Counted from the stretch's first letter, positions 48,063 through 57,881 are shown. The stretch: DNA of 64,000 bases from Candidatus Iainarchaeum sp. (GCA_023129115.1 JAGMCR010000003.1:64001-128000); one strand, 5' to 3'. Notes: generated from the letters alone by a model not told the origin. Numbers and translations are program-made.

Positions 48063-48707
48063 ATGGCCATTACCATCGGCAGCTTCGCCGAGTTCAAAAA
48101 GCTCGTCCCCAAGGACATGGCTGACTCCCACTCATCGCGCCAGGCGGCGGTCGAGACCTACCTCGCCATGGGCGGAGTCACCAAGTTCAAGAAGACGGGT
48201 GGCTTCCCGGTCCTCGTCTACCCAACGCCGAAGCGGCTCGGGGACCAAATCCGCGAGGCAGAAAAGAAAATCGCGGGCTGGGACAAGTCCCTCGGCGACT
48301 GGCACCGCAGGCACAAGCACCTGAAGACAGATAAAATCACTGACGTGGCCAAGCGCGCCGCCGACCCCCTGTACTGGGAGCACCGCGCCAAGCTCCTGAC
48401 CGACCCGGCGTACCGCGCGACGCACGACCTGGTCCGCCCGCCGATGCACCTGCTGCACCGCGAGAAGTGGCGCAAGCGCCTAAAGCTATTCATCCGCTCC
48501 AAGGAATACCGCCTCCGCCTCCACGAGGCACGTGTCTCTTCCATCGGAAAGAAGCGCGCCCCCATGACAGAAGAAGTCGAGGCGCGGCTGGACTTCAACC
48601 GGCAGATGGCCCAGAACGAGCTAAAGAAAATTGAGGAAAAGCGCAACAAGCTAAAGAAAAAGCTCGGCGCGATGAAAACGCTGCTCGCCTGGTCAAAATC
48701 GGCTTAA
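48063..48707 (+). CDS. Hypothetical basic protein
   Basis: 214-aa ORF with host-like codon use and C-terminal coiled coil. Confidence 0.7.
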   Translation: MAITIGSFAEFKKLVPKDMADSHSSRQAAVETYLAMGGVTKFKKTGGFPVLVYPTPKRLGDQIREAEKKIAGWDKSLGDWHRRHKHLKTDKITDVAKRAADPLYWEHRAKLLTDPAYRATHDLVRPPMHLLHREKWRKRLKLFIRSKEYRLRLHEARVSSIGKKRAPMTEEVEARLDFNRQMAQNELKKIEEKRNKLKKKLGAMKTLLAWSKSA

Positions 48708-48708
48708 A

Positions 48709-48931
48709 CTAAGCCGGCACGTTGGACTAAAGCGGAGGCAAGCCTCCGCAAATAGGCAGGCTACAACAAAGCGGAAAAGCTCGGCCAAATCAGCGCCAAA
48801 AATGGCTTGAGCTAAGCCGGCACGTTAGACTTGGGGGGCGCCAATTGGCGCCCCCCAGAGGCAGGTCCCCGCCAATAGGCTGGTCATAACAAAGCGGCGA
48901 AGCCCGGCCAAATCAACGCCAAAAACGGCTT
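48709..48931. repeat. Degenerate tandem duplication carrying GC-rich hairpins
   Basis: CTAAGCCGGCACGTT(G/A)GACT at 48709 and 48812; perfect palindrome TGGGGGGCGCCAATTGGCGCCCCCCA at 48832-48857. Confidence 0.75.
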
Positions 48932-49105
48932 CTGCTCGAACGTGTATGCAAGCACTTCCAGCAGCGTCGGTATCCCAATCGCGAGCAGGAAGGGCACCAT
49001 GGGCATCTTTTCCAGGCCATAGCCCTTGCCCTCGTCAATTATCGCGAGCACCACCCCCCACACCAGCACGTTCAAAAGCCACGAAAGCACGTAAGTAAAT
49101 GCCAT
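48884..49105 (-). CDS. Small membrane protein
   Basis: 73 aa with hydrophobic helices. Confidence 0.65.
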   Translation of the reverse strand: MAFTYVLSWLLNVLVWGVVLAIIDEGKGYGLEKMPMVPFLLAIGIPTLLEVLAYTFEQKPFLALIWPGFAALL

Positions 49106-49192
49106 GAGCCAACTATACGCCCAAGCTTAATATTCTTTCTCGGCAACCCGTAACGCCCCTCCTTTTAAAGCCCCCGAACCCCAACTTTTGCC

Positions 49193-52100
49193 GTGCTCAA
49201 GCAGTTGGGAATCGACAAGCTCAACCCCGTGCAGGAAGAGGCGCTAGCCACGCGGTTCATCGAGAACCGCACCAACCTCGTCGTTTCCTCACCAACCGGC
49301 TCGGGCAAAACCCTAATTTCTTTGCTTGCGGCTTTGGAAGTAATCAAACAAGGCAAGAAAGTATTGTACCTATGCCCCCTACGCGCGCTCGCCTCAGAGC
49401 ACTACGACACATTCAAAAAAGTTCCAGGCCTGAGGGTTGCCTTATCAACCGGCGATTTGGACTCTCGTGACCACCACTTACAAAACTATGACCTAATCAT
49501 CACTACAACAGAGAAAGCCGACTCCCTCATGCGCCACAAGTCCAAGTTCGTGCCAGGCGTCGGCCTCCTGGTCGCGGACGAAATACACCTGCTCGACACC
49601 AACCGCGGCGCTACGCTCGAGACCATCATCACGCGCTTCCGACAGCTCCTCCCCAAATGTCAAATCATCGCCCTCTCTGCCACGGTCCCGAACGCAAAAG
49701 AAATAGCGGACTGGCTCGGCGCAGAGCTCGTCGAGAGCGACTGGCGCCCCACCCGGCTTACCAAAGGGGTCTACTACGAAAACATTATCGAGACCGACGC
49801 CGGAACAATCGAGGTATCCTCGACAGCAAAAACGCCCGTCCTCCAATTGGTCGAGGACACCGTCGCCCGCGGCGGCCAATCGCTCGTGTTCGTGAACACG
49901 CGCCGCTCCGCAGTCGCCGAGGCCCGCCGCATCGCGTCAACACTCAACCTCAACAACGAAGACCTCGCCGACAAAATCCTTTCCGCGCTGGAGTCCCCCA
50001 CCCGCCAGTGCAAAGAACTGGCAGACATAGTCCGAAAGGGCGCCGCGTTCCACACCGCCGCCCTCGTCGCCGAACAAAGAAAGCTAATCGAGAGCGCCTT
50101 CCGCGAAGGAAAAATCAAGGCCATCGCCGCCACGCCCACTTTATGTTTACCTCCCGACACCAGAATTTTGCTGTCGGATGGTAGCTACACACCAATAAAA
50201 AAAGTTGGAGTTGGAATGTCAGTTAAATCCCTAGACCCCAAGACTCTTAAACTGGTTGACAATAAAGTTGTTTCAACAGGCAAACGAAAAACAAGTGGGT
50301 TGGTTAAACTAGTAACTCGAACAGGAAAAAAGATTGAGTTGACTAGTAATCACCCTATTTTGGTCAATGAGTTTGGAGAGCTCAAATGGATTCAAGCAGG
50401 TAAACTAACCAAAGACATGTGGGTGGCGACTCCTCGTCTAGTAGAAAAAGATCCTGTTGACGTGTTTACTTTGGATGTTCTTCCGCATGATAAATTAAAA
50501 GTAATTGGTTCTGAGAGAGTGTTTGGACGGGTGGTTGATTCTCTTTTACCTACATATAAAACAAAGAAAACGATGTATGAGCGTTACGGTATAAATGAGA
50601 ATAGTTTTTTCAATTACTTGCGGGGGAAGACATCCATTCCTTTAGATCTGTTATTGGGCATGGCTGAGGATGCGGGTCTTAAACAAGAGGGAGTGTACAA
50701 GGGAATAAAGAGGGTGCTTTATTCTAGGTCGCCACATCTGAAAGACGCTTTAAGGCTACCTCTCTATATCAATAAAGACTTGGTCAAATTCATAGCTTAT
50801 ATGCTTGCTGATGGTTCTGTTTCGAGAAAACTGTCGTGGTGGGTGGGTCATTCTTATGTTATTTCTTTTACTTCATCAGATAAAGCAAAAATAAAGGAAT
50901 TTCAAGCGGTTGTCCGCAGAGTGTTTGGCTTGAACAGTAAAGTGGTAGAAAGTTATTTTGATGATGGGGTCTCACACGTGAGGATTACATCAAAAACTCT
51001 TGGTTTGTTGCTTGAATGTTTTGGGGTCACCCCGGGAAGAAAAGCACACATCATAAGGATTTGCCCGTTTTTTTTCTCTTTGTCAAACGAGTTGATTTTA
51101 GAATTCATCTTTTCTTTGATTGAATGTGATGGTTGTTTCAGGGTTCAGGATAATGCCATAGAATATTATACCTCAAGCAAAGATTTTGCCACAGACCTAC
51201 AATCATTATTACTGAGCCAGGGGGTCATCTCTTCCATTTATCTGAAGAAAAATGATGGGGTCCGAGAGTTCCATAACCAGTTTATTGTTGCCAAGCACCC
51301 GCATTACCGTTTAGTGATAACTGGCAAGTCCGCAAAAAGATTGTTTAATCGTTTTGGAATTAAGACCAATCAAACAAAGACAACTTATGAAAAAGACCAG
51401 ATTCCCCTGTCCATGAAGCTGCTTGAATTAAGAAAGAAACTTGGTATCTCAACATATGAAGCAAGGCAGTTGTCTGGTGTAGATTTTTGGGTTGCTGAGA
51501 ACACACATAGAGTACTGACAAGAAAGACGGTGAAGAAAATTTGTTCAGTTCCCGCGTTAAGTTCGCCACCATTAGACGACATAAAAAGATTGGCGTTCTC
51601 CGATATTTACTGGGAAGAAATAAAAGATATCACTAAACAAAAAAAGAAAACAGATGTTTTTGATTTAAGTGTTGAATCAACCCATAGTTTCGTAGCTAAT
51701 AACATTATTGTTCATAACTCAATGGGCGTTAATTTACCAGCGGACACTGTAATCGTCCGCGACCTCTCCCGCTACACCGAGAACGGCCTCTCCCCAATCA
51801 GCGTGCGCGAGTACCTCCAGATGTGCGGCCGCGCGGGCCGCCCCAACTACAGCAAGGACGGACTCTCGGTCTGCGTCGCCAAGGACCTCGCCGACAAGGA
51901 CACATTCTTTTCCGACTATGTCATGGGCAAGCCCGAAAAAGTGTATTCCCAATTGGGGTTCGAGCCCGTGCTCCGCACCCAGCTCCTCGCGAGCATCGCG
52001 GTCGGCTTCACGCCGACGCGCAAGAAGCTCGACGAATTCCTCCTCAATTCCTTTTACGCCTTCCAGTACGGCGAAATCGACTCCATCCGCCGCAAGGCAG

Positions 52101-52849
52101 ACGGCATCCTCCGCGAGCTCGAGGACTGGGGCTTCGTCACAACTGGCAACCACCTCCTGCCAACCCCGCTCGGCCGCCGCGTCTCCGAGCTCTACCTAGA
52201 CCCCTTCTCTGCCTACACAATCCTGAAGGCGCTCCGCGAGCGCTCGATGGGCGAGCTCGGGCTCTTGTACATGCTCACGGCGACGGACGAGCTCCGCCCC
52301 TACCTGCGCGCCCGGTCTGGCGAGGAGTCCACCCTGTGGGCCAATGCCTATTCCCACGAAAAGGAACTGGGGATTGACTGTGTGAACGTGGGGTTCGAGG
52401 ACTACAACTTCCTTGACAAGTACAAGACCACCTTACTCCTCCGCGACTGGCTCGAGGAATTGCACGAGGACTCCTTGCTGGAAAAGTACGGCGTGGCGCC
52501 GGGCATCCTCCGCGCCAAATTGTCGAACTGGAACTGGGTTTCCTATGCAGCCATCGAGCTGGCCAAGCTCGAGCACCTCCCACTAAAGGAGCTCCGGCGC
52601 GTGGAGCGCCGCATCAAGTACGGCGTGCGCGGCGAATTACTCCCGCTGGTAGAGCTAAAGAACATCGGTCGCGTGCGCGCACGCAAATTGTTCAGTGCTT
52701 CCATAAAGTCTATCCCGGACCTGGAAAAGATGCCTGCGCAGGACTTGGCGCGCGTCCTTGGCCCGCGCGTCGCCGTGTCAGTAAAGAAGCAGCTGGGCGA
52801 GGAGGTCTCGCTGTCCACGCCCAGGTCCGCCCAGTCAAAACTGGAATAA
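49193..52849 (+). CDS. hel308: Hel308/Ski2-like SF2 helicase, intein-containing
   Basis: SPTGSGKT, DEIH, LSAT, ATPTL|SMGVNLP, QMCGRAGRP, C-terminal IGRVRARKLF. Confidence 0.95.
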   Translation: MLKQLGIDKLNPVQEEALATRFIENRTNLVVSSPTGSGKTLISLLAALEVIKQGKKVLYLCPLRALASEHYDTFKKVPGLRVALSTGDLDSRDHHLQNYDLIITTTEKADSLMRHKSKFVPGVGLLVADEIHLLDTNRGATLETIITRFRQLLPKCQIIALSATVPNAKEIADWLGAELVESDWRPTRLTKGVYYENIIETDAGTIEVSSTAKTPVLQLVEDTVARGGQSLVFVNTRRSAVAEARRIASTLNLNNEDLADKILSALESPTRQCKELADIVRKGAAFHTAALVAEQRKLIESAFREGKIKAIAATPTLCLPPDTRILLSDGSYTPIKKVGVGMSVKSLDPKTLKLVDNKVVSTGKRKTSGLVKLVTRTGKKIELTSNHPILVNEFGELKWIQAGKLTKDMWVATPRLVEKDPVDVFTLDVLPHDKLKVIGSERVFGRVVDSLLPTYKTKKTMYERYGINENSFFNYLRGKTSIPLDLLLGMAEDAGLKQEGVYKGIKRVLYSRSPHLKDALRLPLYINKDLVKFIAYMLADGSVSRKLSWWVGHSYVISFTSSDKAKIKEFQAVVRRVFGLNSKVVESYFDDGVSHVRITSKTLGLLLECFGVTPGRKAHIIRICPFFFSLSNELILEFIFSLIECDGCFRVQDNAIEYYTSSKDFATDLQSLLLSQGVISSIYLKKNDGVREFHNQFIVAKHPHYRLVITGKSAKRLFNRFGIKTNQTKTTYEKDQIPLSMKLLELRKKLGISTYEARQLSGVDFWVAENTHRVLTRKTVKKICSVPALSSPPLDDIKRLAFSDIYWEEIKDITKQKKKTDVFDLSVESTHSFVANNIIVHNSMGVNLPADTVIVRDLSRYTENGLSPISVREYLQMCGRAGRPNYSKDGLSVCVAKDLADKDTFFSDYVMGKPEKVYSQLGFEPVLRTQLLASIAVGFTPTRKKLDEFLLNSFYAFQYGEIDSIRRKADGILRELEDWGFVTTGNHLLPTPLGRRVSELYLDPFSAYTILKALRERSMGELGLLYMLTATDELRPYLRARSGEESTLWANAYSHEKELGIDCVNVGFEDYNFLDKYKTTLLLRDWLEELHEDSLLEKYGVAPGILRAKLSNWNWVSYAAIELAKLEHLPLKELRRVERRIKYGVRGELLPLVELKNIGRVRARKLFSASIKSIPDLEKMPAQDLARVLGPRVAVSVKKQLGEEVSLSTPRSAQSKLE
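50144..51718 (+). mobile_element. Intein (525 aa) with LAGLIDADG endonuclease in hel308
   Basis: Starts CLPPDT; block B LTSNHP; YMLADG and LIECDG; ends IVHN before Ser; sharply AT-rich. Confidence 0.95.
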
Positions 52850-52879
52850 TTATATACTCCAGCATTCCCTATTAGTGCG

Positions 52880-53227
52880 ATGTTCCAGTGGATTACTTTT
52901 GGGAAGGTCAAGTACGACAACAGCGTGTTCAGCCAGGACATCGTGATTTCGACTGACGGCGACGTCTACCAGCGCCAGGCGGGCGACCCGCTGAGGGTGA
53001 CTGCCGAGGAGCTTGACGCGAGCATCGACAGCAACACCAAGACAGTTGTCGTCGGCACGGGCCATTACGACATAGTCAAGCTAACCCCCGAGGCCATGAG
53101 CTACCTGAAGGACATGAAGATTGACCTCGTGGAAAAGCACACCCCTGAAGCGATTGACTACTACAACAAGCGCATGAAGGTCAAGGGCCGCAAGCCCGCC
53201 ATAACCGCGATTATCCACGTGAAGTAA
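52880..53227 (+). CDS. Mth938/DUF498-like protein
   Basis: FGKV, VVVGTG, TPEAIDYYN, IIHV. Confidence 0.88.
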   Translation: MFQWITFGKVKYDNSVFSQDIVISTDGDVYQRQAGDPLRVTAEELDASIDSNTKTVVVGTGHYDIVKLTPEAMSYLKDMKIDLVEKHTPEAIDYYNKRMKVKGRKPAITAIIHVK

Positions 53228-53228
53228 A

Positions 53229-53567
53229 ATGTTCGACTCTTTTTCCTTTGGCTGTATTACCTGGGACGGCGAGGCCTGCCACTACGACGTCGTGGTCGCC
53301 AACTCCCAACTCCGCGAGCGCGGCCCCCGGCCAGAAAACCACTTGCTCGAGGCAGCCGAACTCCAGAACTACCTCACCCCAAACACAAAAAAAGTGATTG
53401 TCGGCACCGGCGCGTCTGGAGTCCTGCAGGTAGCCGACGATGCGAAGCAGTTGATGAAAGAAAAAGAAATAGAATTACTTGCGTTTCCGAGCGCCGAGGC
53501 AATCCAGCTCTACAACAAAGAAGCAGACAAAGCCACCGTGGTCGCGGTCATCCACTCTACTTGCTAG
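53229..53567 (+). CDS. Mth938/DUF498-like protein (tandem paralog)
   Basis: FSFGCI, VIVGTGASG, AIQLYN, IHSTC. Confidence 0.9.
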   Translation: MFDSFSFGCITWDGEACHYDVVVANSQLRERGPRPENHLLEAAELQNYLTPNTKKVIVGTGASGVLQVADDAKQLMKEKEIELLAFPSAEAIQLYNKEADKATVVAVIHSTC

Positions 53568-53603
53568 GCAGCACAAACTTGAGCGTGGCTTGACGAAGTA
53601 AAC

Positions 53604-55385
53604 CTATTCTTCAGGGGAAGGACGCTGTTCCAGAAATTCCTTGAATGGCCCCTTCTTTTTTGAGAGCTCGTTGAATTTGCCTTCTTGGACAATCCTGCCT
53701 TTGTCAAAAACAACGACCCTGTCGCAGTTCTTTAGGGTTGTCAAGCGGTGGGCAATGGTTATCATAGTCTTGTCTGAAAATATTTTTTCGAGGTTTCTTT
53801 GGATTATCACTTCGTTTGTATTGTCCAATGCAGAAGTCGCCTCGTCAAAGATTAGGACATCAGGTGACTGAAGAATAAGCCGTGCCAATGCAAGCCGTTG
53901 TTTTTGGCCGCCACTTAGGTTGTTTCCGTTTTCTGCGACTCTTCCACCAAACCCGCCAAGTTTGTTTTTAATTTCATTATAAATATTGGCTTTTTTAGCA
54001 GCGTTAACCAAGTCTTCCTGATTTACTCTTCTTGAGCATCCGTACGTAATATTTTCTTTTATTGTTCCAGAAAATACGTAAGTCTTTTGTGGGATGTAGG
54101 CAATCCGCTCCGCGATTTCTTTCCTGGTCAATGACTTCAGGTCTTTCCCAAGGAGGGATATCCACCCACTATAACTATGAATTAACCTAAGCAGAATCTT
54201 GACAAACGTTGTCTTGCCACAGCCGGATGCACCCACGACCCCAATTTTTTCCCCCCGCTTTATCTTGATGTTCACGTTGTTTAAGACATTATCAGACTTG
54301 TTGGAATAAGCAAATGAAACGTTTTTCAGCTCCAGAACATCAGCGGATTCTTTTGATTGCTGGGGGATTGCCTTGAACGATTCGTCCAGTGGCTGTGTTA
54401 TTAAGCCGTGCAAGTCCATTACTTTGATGGAGCTTTCGTGGGCCTCATCCAGTATCCTATGAACCTCCCTCAGCGGCCGGATAACACTTACAAACAGGAT
54501 GGAGTAAGTGAGTATGTCACCCTTTGTGATGATTCCGTTCACAGCAAAATAAATTGAAATGCTGACAACCAGCACGTAGAAAAAGGCTTCATTCAAATAT
54601 TTGGCGGCGTCGTACAGCGCCATCCAGATGTGGTGCCCTATCTCTATTTTTCTTAGTTTTTCGGCGATGTTTTCCACTTTTTTGACTTCTAACTCACCAG
54701 TGTTCGCTACCCGGATTGTTTCCAATCCCCCCATCATTTCGACGACTTTCCCATCAATCTGTTCTTTGCCCCGCAATAAAGCCACTCTAATGCCTTTTTG
54801 GGAAGAGATTTGCTTGATTACGATGAATAAACCCATGGGCACCACTAGAATCATGAAAGAGGCAAGCAACGGTTTTTGGTAGAAAGCTATTCCAAGAGCC
54901 GCCAGGGCAGAAAAAAAGACGGGGAAAAAGTCCAGAAACCCGAGCTTAAGCAGTTTGATGAGGCCTTGTATTGAACGGAATATCTTGCCGTGCAATGCCC
55001 CAATTTGATATTTGTTGATGAATTCGTTAATGTCTGTTTTTAGCAGCCGGCTAATCACCCTCACAGTCAGTTTCTTTTCAGTTTGTGTTGCTACGTTCTC
55101 CACCAAATATTTTCGGATGACCGTTAAAACTGCGTGGAAAAATATTATCGCAATAACCATCACTAAGAATGGAACCGCCATTTCAAAAGATGGGGCTTCC
55201 AACACAATCATCTCGTCAACAAATTTGCCGAGGATTACAGCCGGGAGGTTTGTCAAGAAACCAGTGACGAGCATTATTGCTGTGGCAAGAAACAAGGACC
55301 GTTTTTCTTTTTTGTCCATCAATTGAGATACTGTGCTAAAGCCCCGCCGTATCTCCCGGAATTCTTTGAACAATCCCGCCATCAC
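53604..55385 (-). CDS. ABC exporter, fused permease-ATPase
   Basis: TM domain plus GASGCGKT, LSGGQKQR, DEATSALD, IAHRL; AT-richer than host genes. Confidence 0.95.
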   Translation of the reverse strand: MMAGLFKEFREIRRGFSTVSQLMDKKEKRSLFLATAIMLVTGFLTNLPAVILGKFVDEMIVLEAPSFEMAVPFLVMVIAIIFFHAVLTVIRKYLVENVATQTEKKLTVRVISRLLKTDINEFINKYQIGALHGKIFRSIQGLIKLLKLGFLDFFPVFFSALAALGIAFYQKPLLASFMILVVPMGLFIVIKQISSQKGIRVALLRGKEQIDGKVVEMMGGLETIRVANTGELEVKKVENIAEKLRKIEIGHHIWMALYDAAKYLNEAFFYVLVVSISIYFAVNGIITKGDILTYSILFVSVIRPLREVHRILDEAHESSIKVMDLHGLITQPLDESFKAIPQQSKESADVLELKNVSFAYSNKSDNVLNNVNIKIKRGEKIGVVGASGCGKTTFVKILLRLIHSYSGWISLLGKDLKSLTRKEIAERIAYIPQKTYVFSGTIKENITYGCSRRVNQEDLVNAAKKANIYNEIKNKLGGFGGRVAENGNNLSGGQKQRLALARLILQSPDVLIFDEATSALDNTNEVIIQRNLEKIFSDKTMITIAHRLTTLKNCDRVVVFDKGRIVQEGKFNELSKKKGPFKEFLEQRPSPEE

Positions 55386-56572
55386 GCAAACCTCTTCTCG
55401 ACCGCTGCCTTGACTTTTCCGGGCGGGAAGGACAATTTAATCAGCCTCGTGTTCCCCCGTATCCCTGGCCCGCTCATGGTCATCGTAATCAATCCCATCA
55501 TGTCGAGCTCGTTGAGGTATTCCCTGAACCACCTCGCGCTCCTCGCCATGGTCTTCCACTTCTTGCACAGGCTTTCGTAGCCCTCATACGCTTCTCCGGA
55601 AAACAGCAGCCGCTCCCCGTTGTCGGTCAGCCTCCGGTACTTGCTCCCCTCCGCAGTAAGGTTGGCAATCGCGTAGAGCACGATGCTCTGGTGCTCGGGC
55701 AGCGTGTTAATCAGCTCAATGACAATGTCTTCCTCGACCGCGCTCCTCGCCTTCTTCACGTACTCTTCAGTCGCTTTCGTGTCCTGTGCGTCAGCGAACT
55801 CGCCCGCCTTCAGCAGGAGCCGCAGCGCGTACCTCGCGTCGCCGCTTTCCTGCGCGGCGAACGCGGCGGCCAAGCCAATCGCGCCGTCTGTGATGTAGCC
55901 TTTCCTGAACCCTTCTTTCGCGCGGTCGGCGAGTATGGCGCTCAATTGCTCCGCGTTGTACGGCGCGAAGACCATTTCGTCCTGGCACAGCGTCGACTTG
56001 CTCCTCGGGTCAAGCTTTTCCTTGAAGTTAATCTTGTTGCTTATCCCGACCAGCGCGATGTGCCCCTTCTTCAAATCATCATTCGCACGCGTCAGCGCGT
56101 ACACCAGGTCGTCCAGATCTTTTACCTTGTCGATTTCGTCCAGCACCACGATGAAGACAAGCCCCTTGTCGACGTATTCCACGAACTTTTCGTAGAGGTG
56201 CGTGGACGACAGCCCGAGGAAGCTCTCGTTCGGCTCGGCGCGCTGCGCGAGCTTCAGCAGGACCTGGTACTTCGTGTTGTGCGTCCTGCAGTTCAGGTAA
56301 ATCGAGTCGACCTGTGCCTCGTACTTTTTCTTGGTCTCGTCGAGCTTTTCCATAACGTGCTTCACGACCGCCGTTTTTCCAACCCCGGTCTTCCCGTACA
56401 GGAAAAGGTTCGACGGCCTCTTCTGCGAGAGCGCTGGGGCGATGACCTTCATCACCTTGGTTATCTCTTCCTCCCGGTACGGCAGCTGGTCCGGCAGGTA
56501 GTGCGGGCTGAGAACGTTCCTGTCCTCAAAAATAGTTGAGCGGTTGATCTCTTTCTCGAACAGGTTTTCCAT
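55382..56572 (-). CDS. cdc6: Orc1/Cdc6 replication initiator
   Basis: LSPHYLPDQLPYRE, GKTGVGKT, VLDEID, PYNAEQL, GDAR, C-terminal wHTH. Confidence 0.97.
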   Translation of the reverse strand: MENLFEKEINRSTIFEDRNVLSPHYLPDQLPYREEEITKVMKVIAPALSQKRPSNLFLYGKTGVGKTAVVKHVMEKLDETKKKYEAQVDSIYLNCRTHNTKYQVLLKLAQRAEPNESFLGLSSTHLYEKFVEYVDKGLVFIVVLDEIDKVKDLDDLVYALTRANDDLKKGHIALVGISNKINFKEKLDPRSKSTLCQDEMVFAPYNAEQLSAILADRAKEGFRKGYITDGAIGLAAAFAAQESGDARYALRLLLKAGEFADAQDTKATEEYVKKARSAVEEDIVIELINTLPEHQSIVLYAIANLTAEGSKYRRLTDNGERLLFSGEAYEGYESLCKKWKTMARSARWFREYLNELDMMGLITMTMSGPGIRGNTRLIKLSFPPGKVKAAVEKRFA

Positions 56573-56714
56573 CCCGGCACCTCGCGGCTGACGATTATGG
56601 GAAGTGCCCTTTATAATGTTTTCTTCCGGTATTTTTTTGCATTAAACAGAGGCTTTTTATTACCCAAAAATTATAATCGGTCTTGCTTTTCAAGCTGTTA
56701 ATGGAGGCTTACGA

Positions 56715-57074
56715 ATGGTGGGATTTCTTAAAAAACTAACTGGCACGCCTGGTGCCGAGGAAACGGAAGTCGAGGAGTATTTGGACACACTCGGCCTAGA
56801 GAACGAGGACTTCATGGAAGAAGAGGCGGACGTGTGGATCAAGCCATTCATCCTTGAGGACGTTGGCGATGCCACTGTTGTTCAGGACGAGCTGAGCAAC
56901 GGGAACATTGTGCTGCTTAACATCGAGCCCCTCATGAAGAGGAATGCCATCAAGCTGAAGCAGACAGTCAACAAAATAAAGAACGCGGCTAAGTCGCTTG
57001 ATGGGGACATCGCGAGGCTCAGCGAGTACAAGCTCCTCGTGACGCCCAAGGGCATCAAGGTTTCGCGGAAGTAG
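56715..57074 (+). CDS. sepF: Cell division protein SepF
   Basis: N-terminal amphipathic GFLKKL, GNIVLLNI, GDIARL...LVTP. Confidence 0.9.
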   Translation: MVGFLKKLTGTPGAEETEVEEYLDTLGLENEDFMEEEADVWIKPFILEDVGDATVVQDELSNGNIVLLNIEPLMKRNAIKLKQTVNKIKNAAKSLDGDIARLSEYKLLVTPKGIKVSRK

Positions 57075-57080
57075 AGGCCA

Positions 57081-57842
57081 ATGCTTCTGGACGCGCCCGC
57101 GCTTCAGGTGCGATACACCCTTAAGGACATTCTTGGCATCGTGGAGAGCGTTCTCAAGAGCCGCCACTGGCGCAAGTTCGACATCGAGAGCACTAGCCTT
57201 GTCTATGTCCCTCACTGGTTCTTCAACTTCGACGTCTACCAGGAGGCCGAGGGCAAGTCCCAAACTTACGCCTCCCAGATGGCAATCGACGCGGTCACGG
57301 GCAAGCTTAACCCGCTTATCGTCCAGATAATGCAGAGCGTGCCGACGAAGCGCGAGCGCGAGACCACGCACGGCATCGAGTGCGAGGCCCGGATCCCATC
57401 GGTCCAGAATAAAGAGGTCAAGGACATAGCGGCCATAAAGGTCGCGGGCGAGATGAACCTGTCCAAGGAAGTCGTTACCGTCACGGGGGTGAACCTGCTT
57501 TACATCCCGTACTGGCAGGTGTGGATCCGCCTGCCGAGCGGCACGAAGCGCATTGACCTCGACGCAATCTCTGGCTCCCCGGTGTTCATTTCCGACGTGC
57601 CGGAGCGGGAGCGCGGCTCAATCGAGGTCACGATGGACATGCTGGAGGACCTCAAGACCCCCGCGGGCTGGGTCGACTACTCCAAGAAGGCCTTCGACTG
57701 GGGCTTTGGCGCTGCGGCGACCGCGGGCCAGGGCATCATGGGCAGTATTGCGCCCTGGATGCTCGGCACCCGCGTCGGCCAGTACACGCTCCTGGGCCTC
57801 GTAATACTGTTTCTCGTCATCTATTACTTCTACCTAGGCTAA
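57081..57842 (+). CDS. Hypothetical protein with duplicated domain and C-terminal TM
   Basis: Two repeats LVYVPHW...IDAVTG and LLYIPYW...LDAISG; 6 bp after sepF. Confidence 0.75.
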   Translation: MLLDAPALQVRYTLKDILGIVESVLKSRHWRKFDIESTSLVYVPHWFFNFDVYQEAEGKSQTYASQMAIDAVTGKLNPLIVQIMQSVPTKRERETTHGIECEARIPSVQNKEVKDIAAIKVAGEMNLSKEVVTVTGVNLLYIPYWQVWIRLPSGTKRIDLDAISGSPVFISDVPERERGSIEVTMDMLEDLKTPAGWVDYSKKAFDWGFGAAATAGQGIMGSIAPWMLGTRVGQYTLLGLVILFLVIYYFYLG

Positions 57843-57881
57843 GGCGTAACTATTTTATAGTCCCCCTGTGTTGCCCCACCT

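Noticed and set aside
48761-48931. Possible DGR template/variable repeat pair
   Set aside because: Mismatches are not adenine-specific on either strand and there is no reverse transcriptase in the window.
52881-52891. ORB-like GTTCCAGTGGA
   Set aside because: Single copy inside a coding start (FQW codons); likely chance.
56573-56714. oriC immediately upstream of cdc6
   Set aside because: Short AT-rich divergent promoter with no ORB repeats visible.
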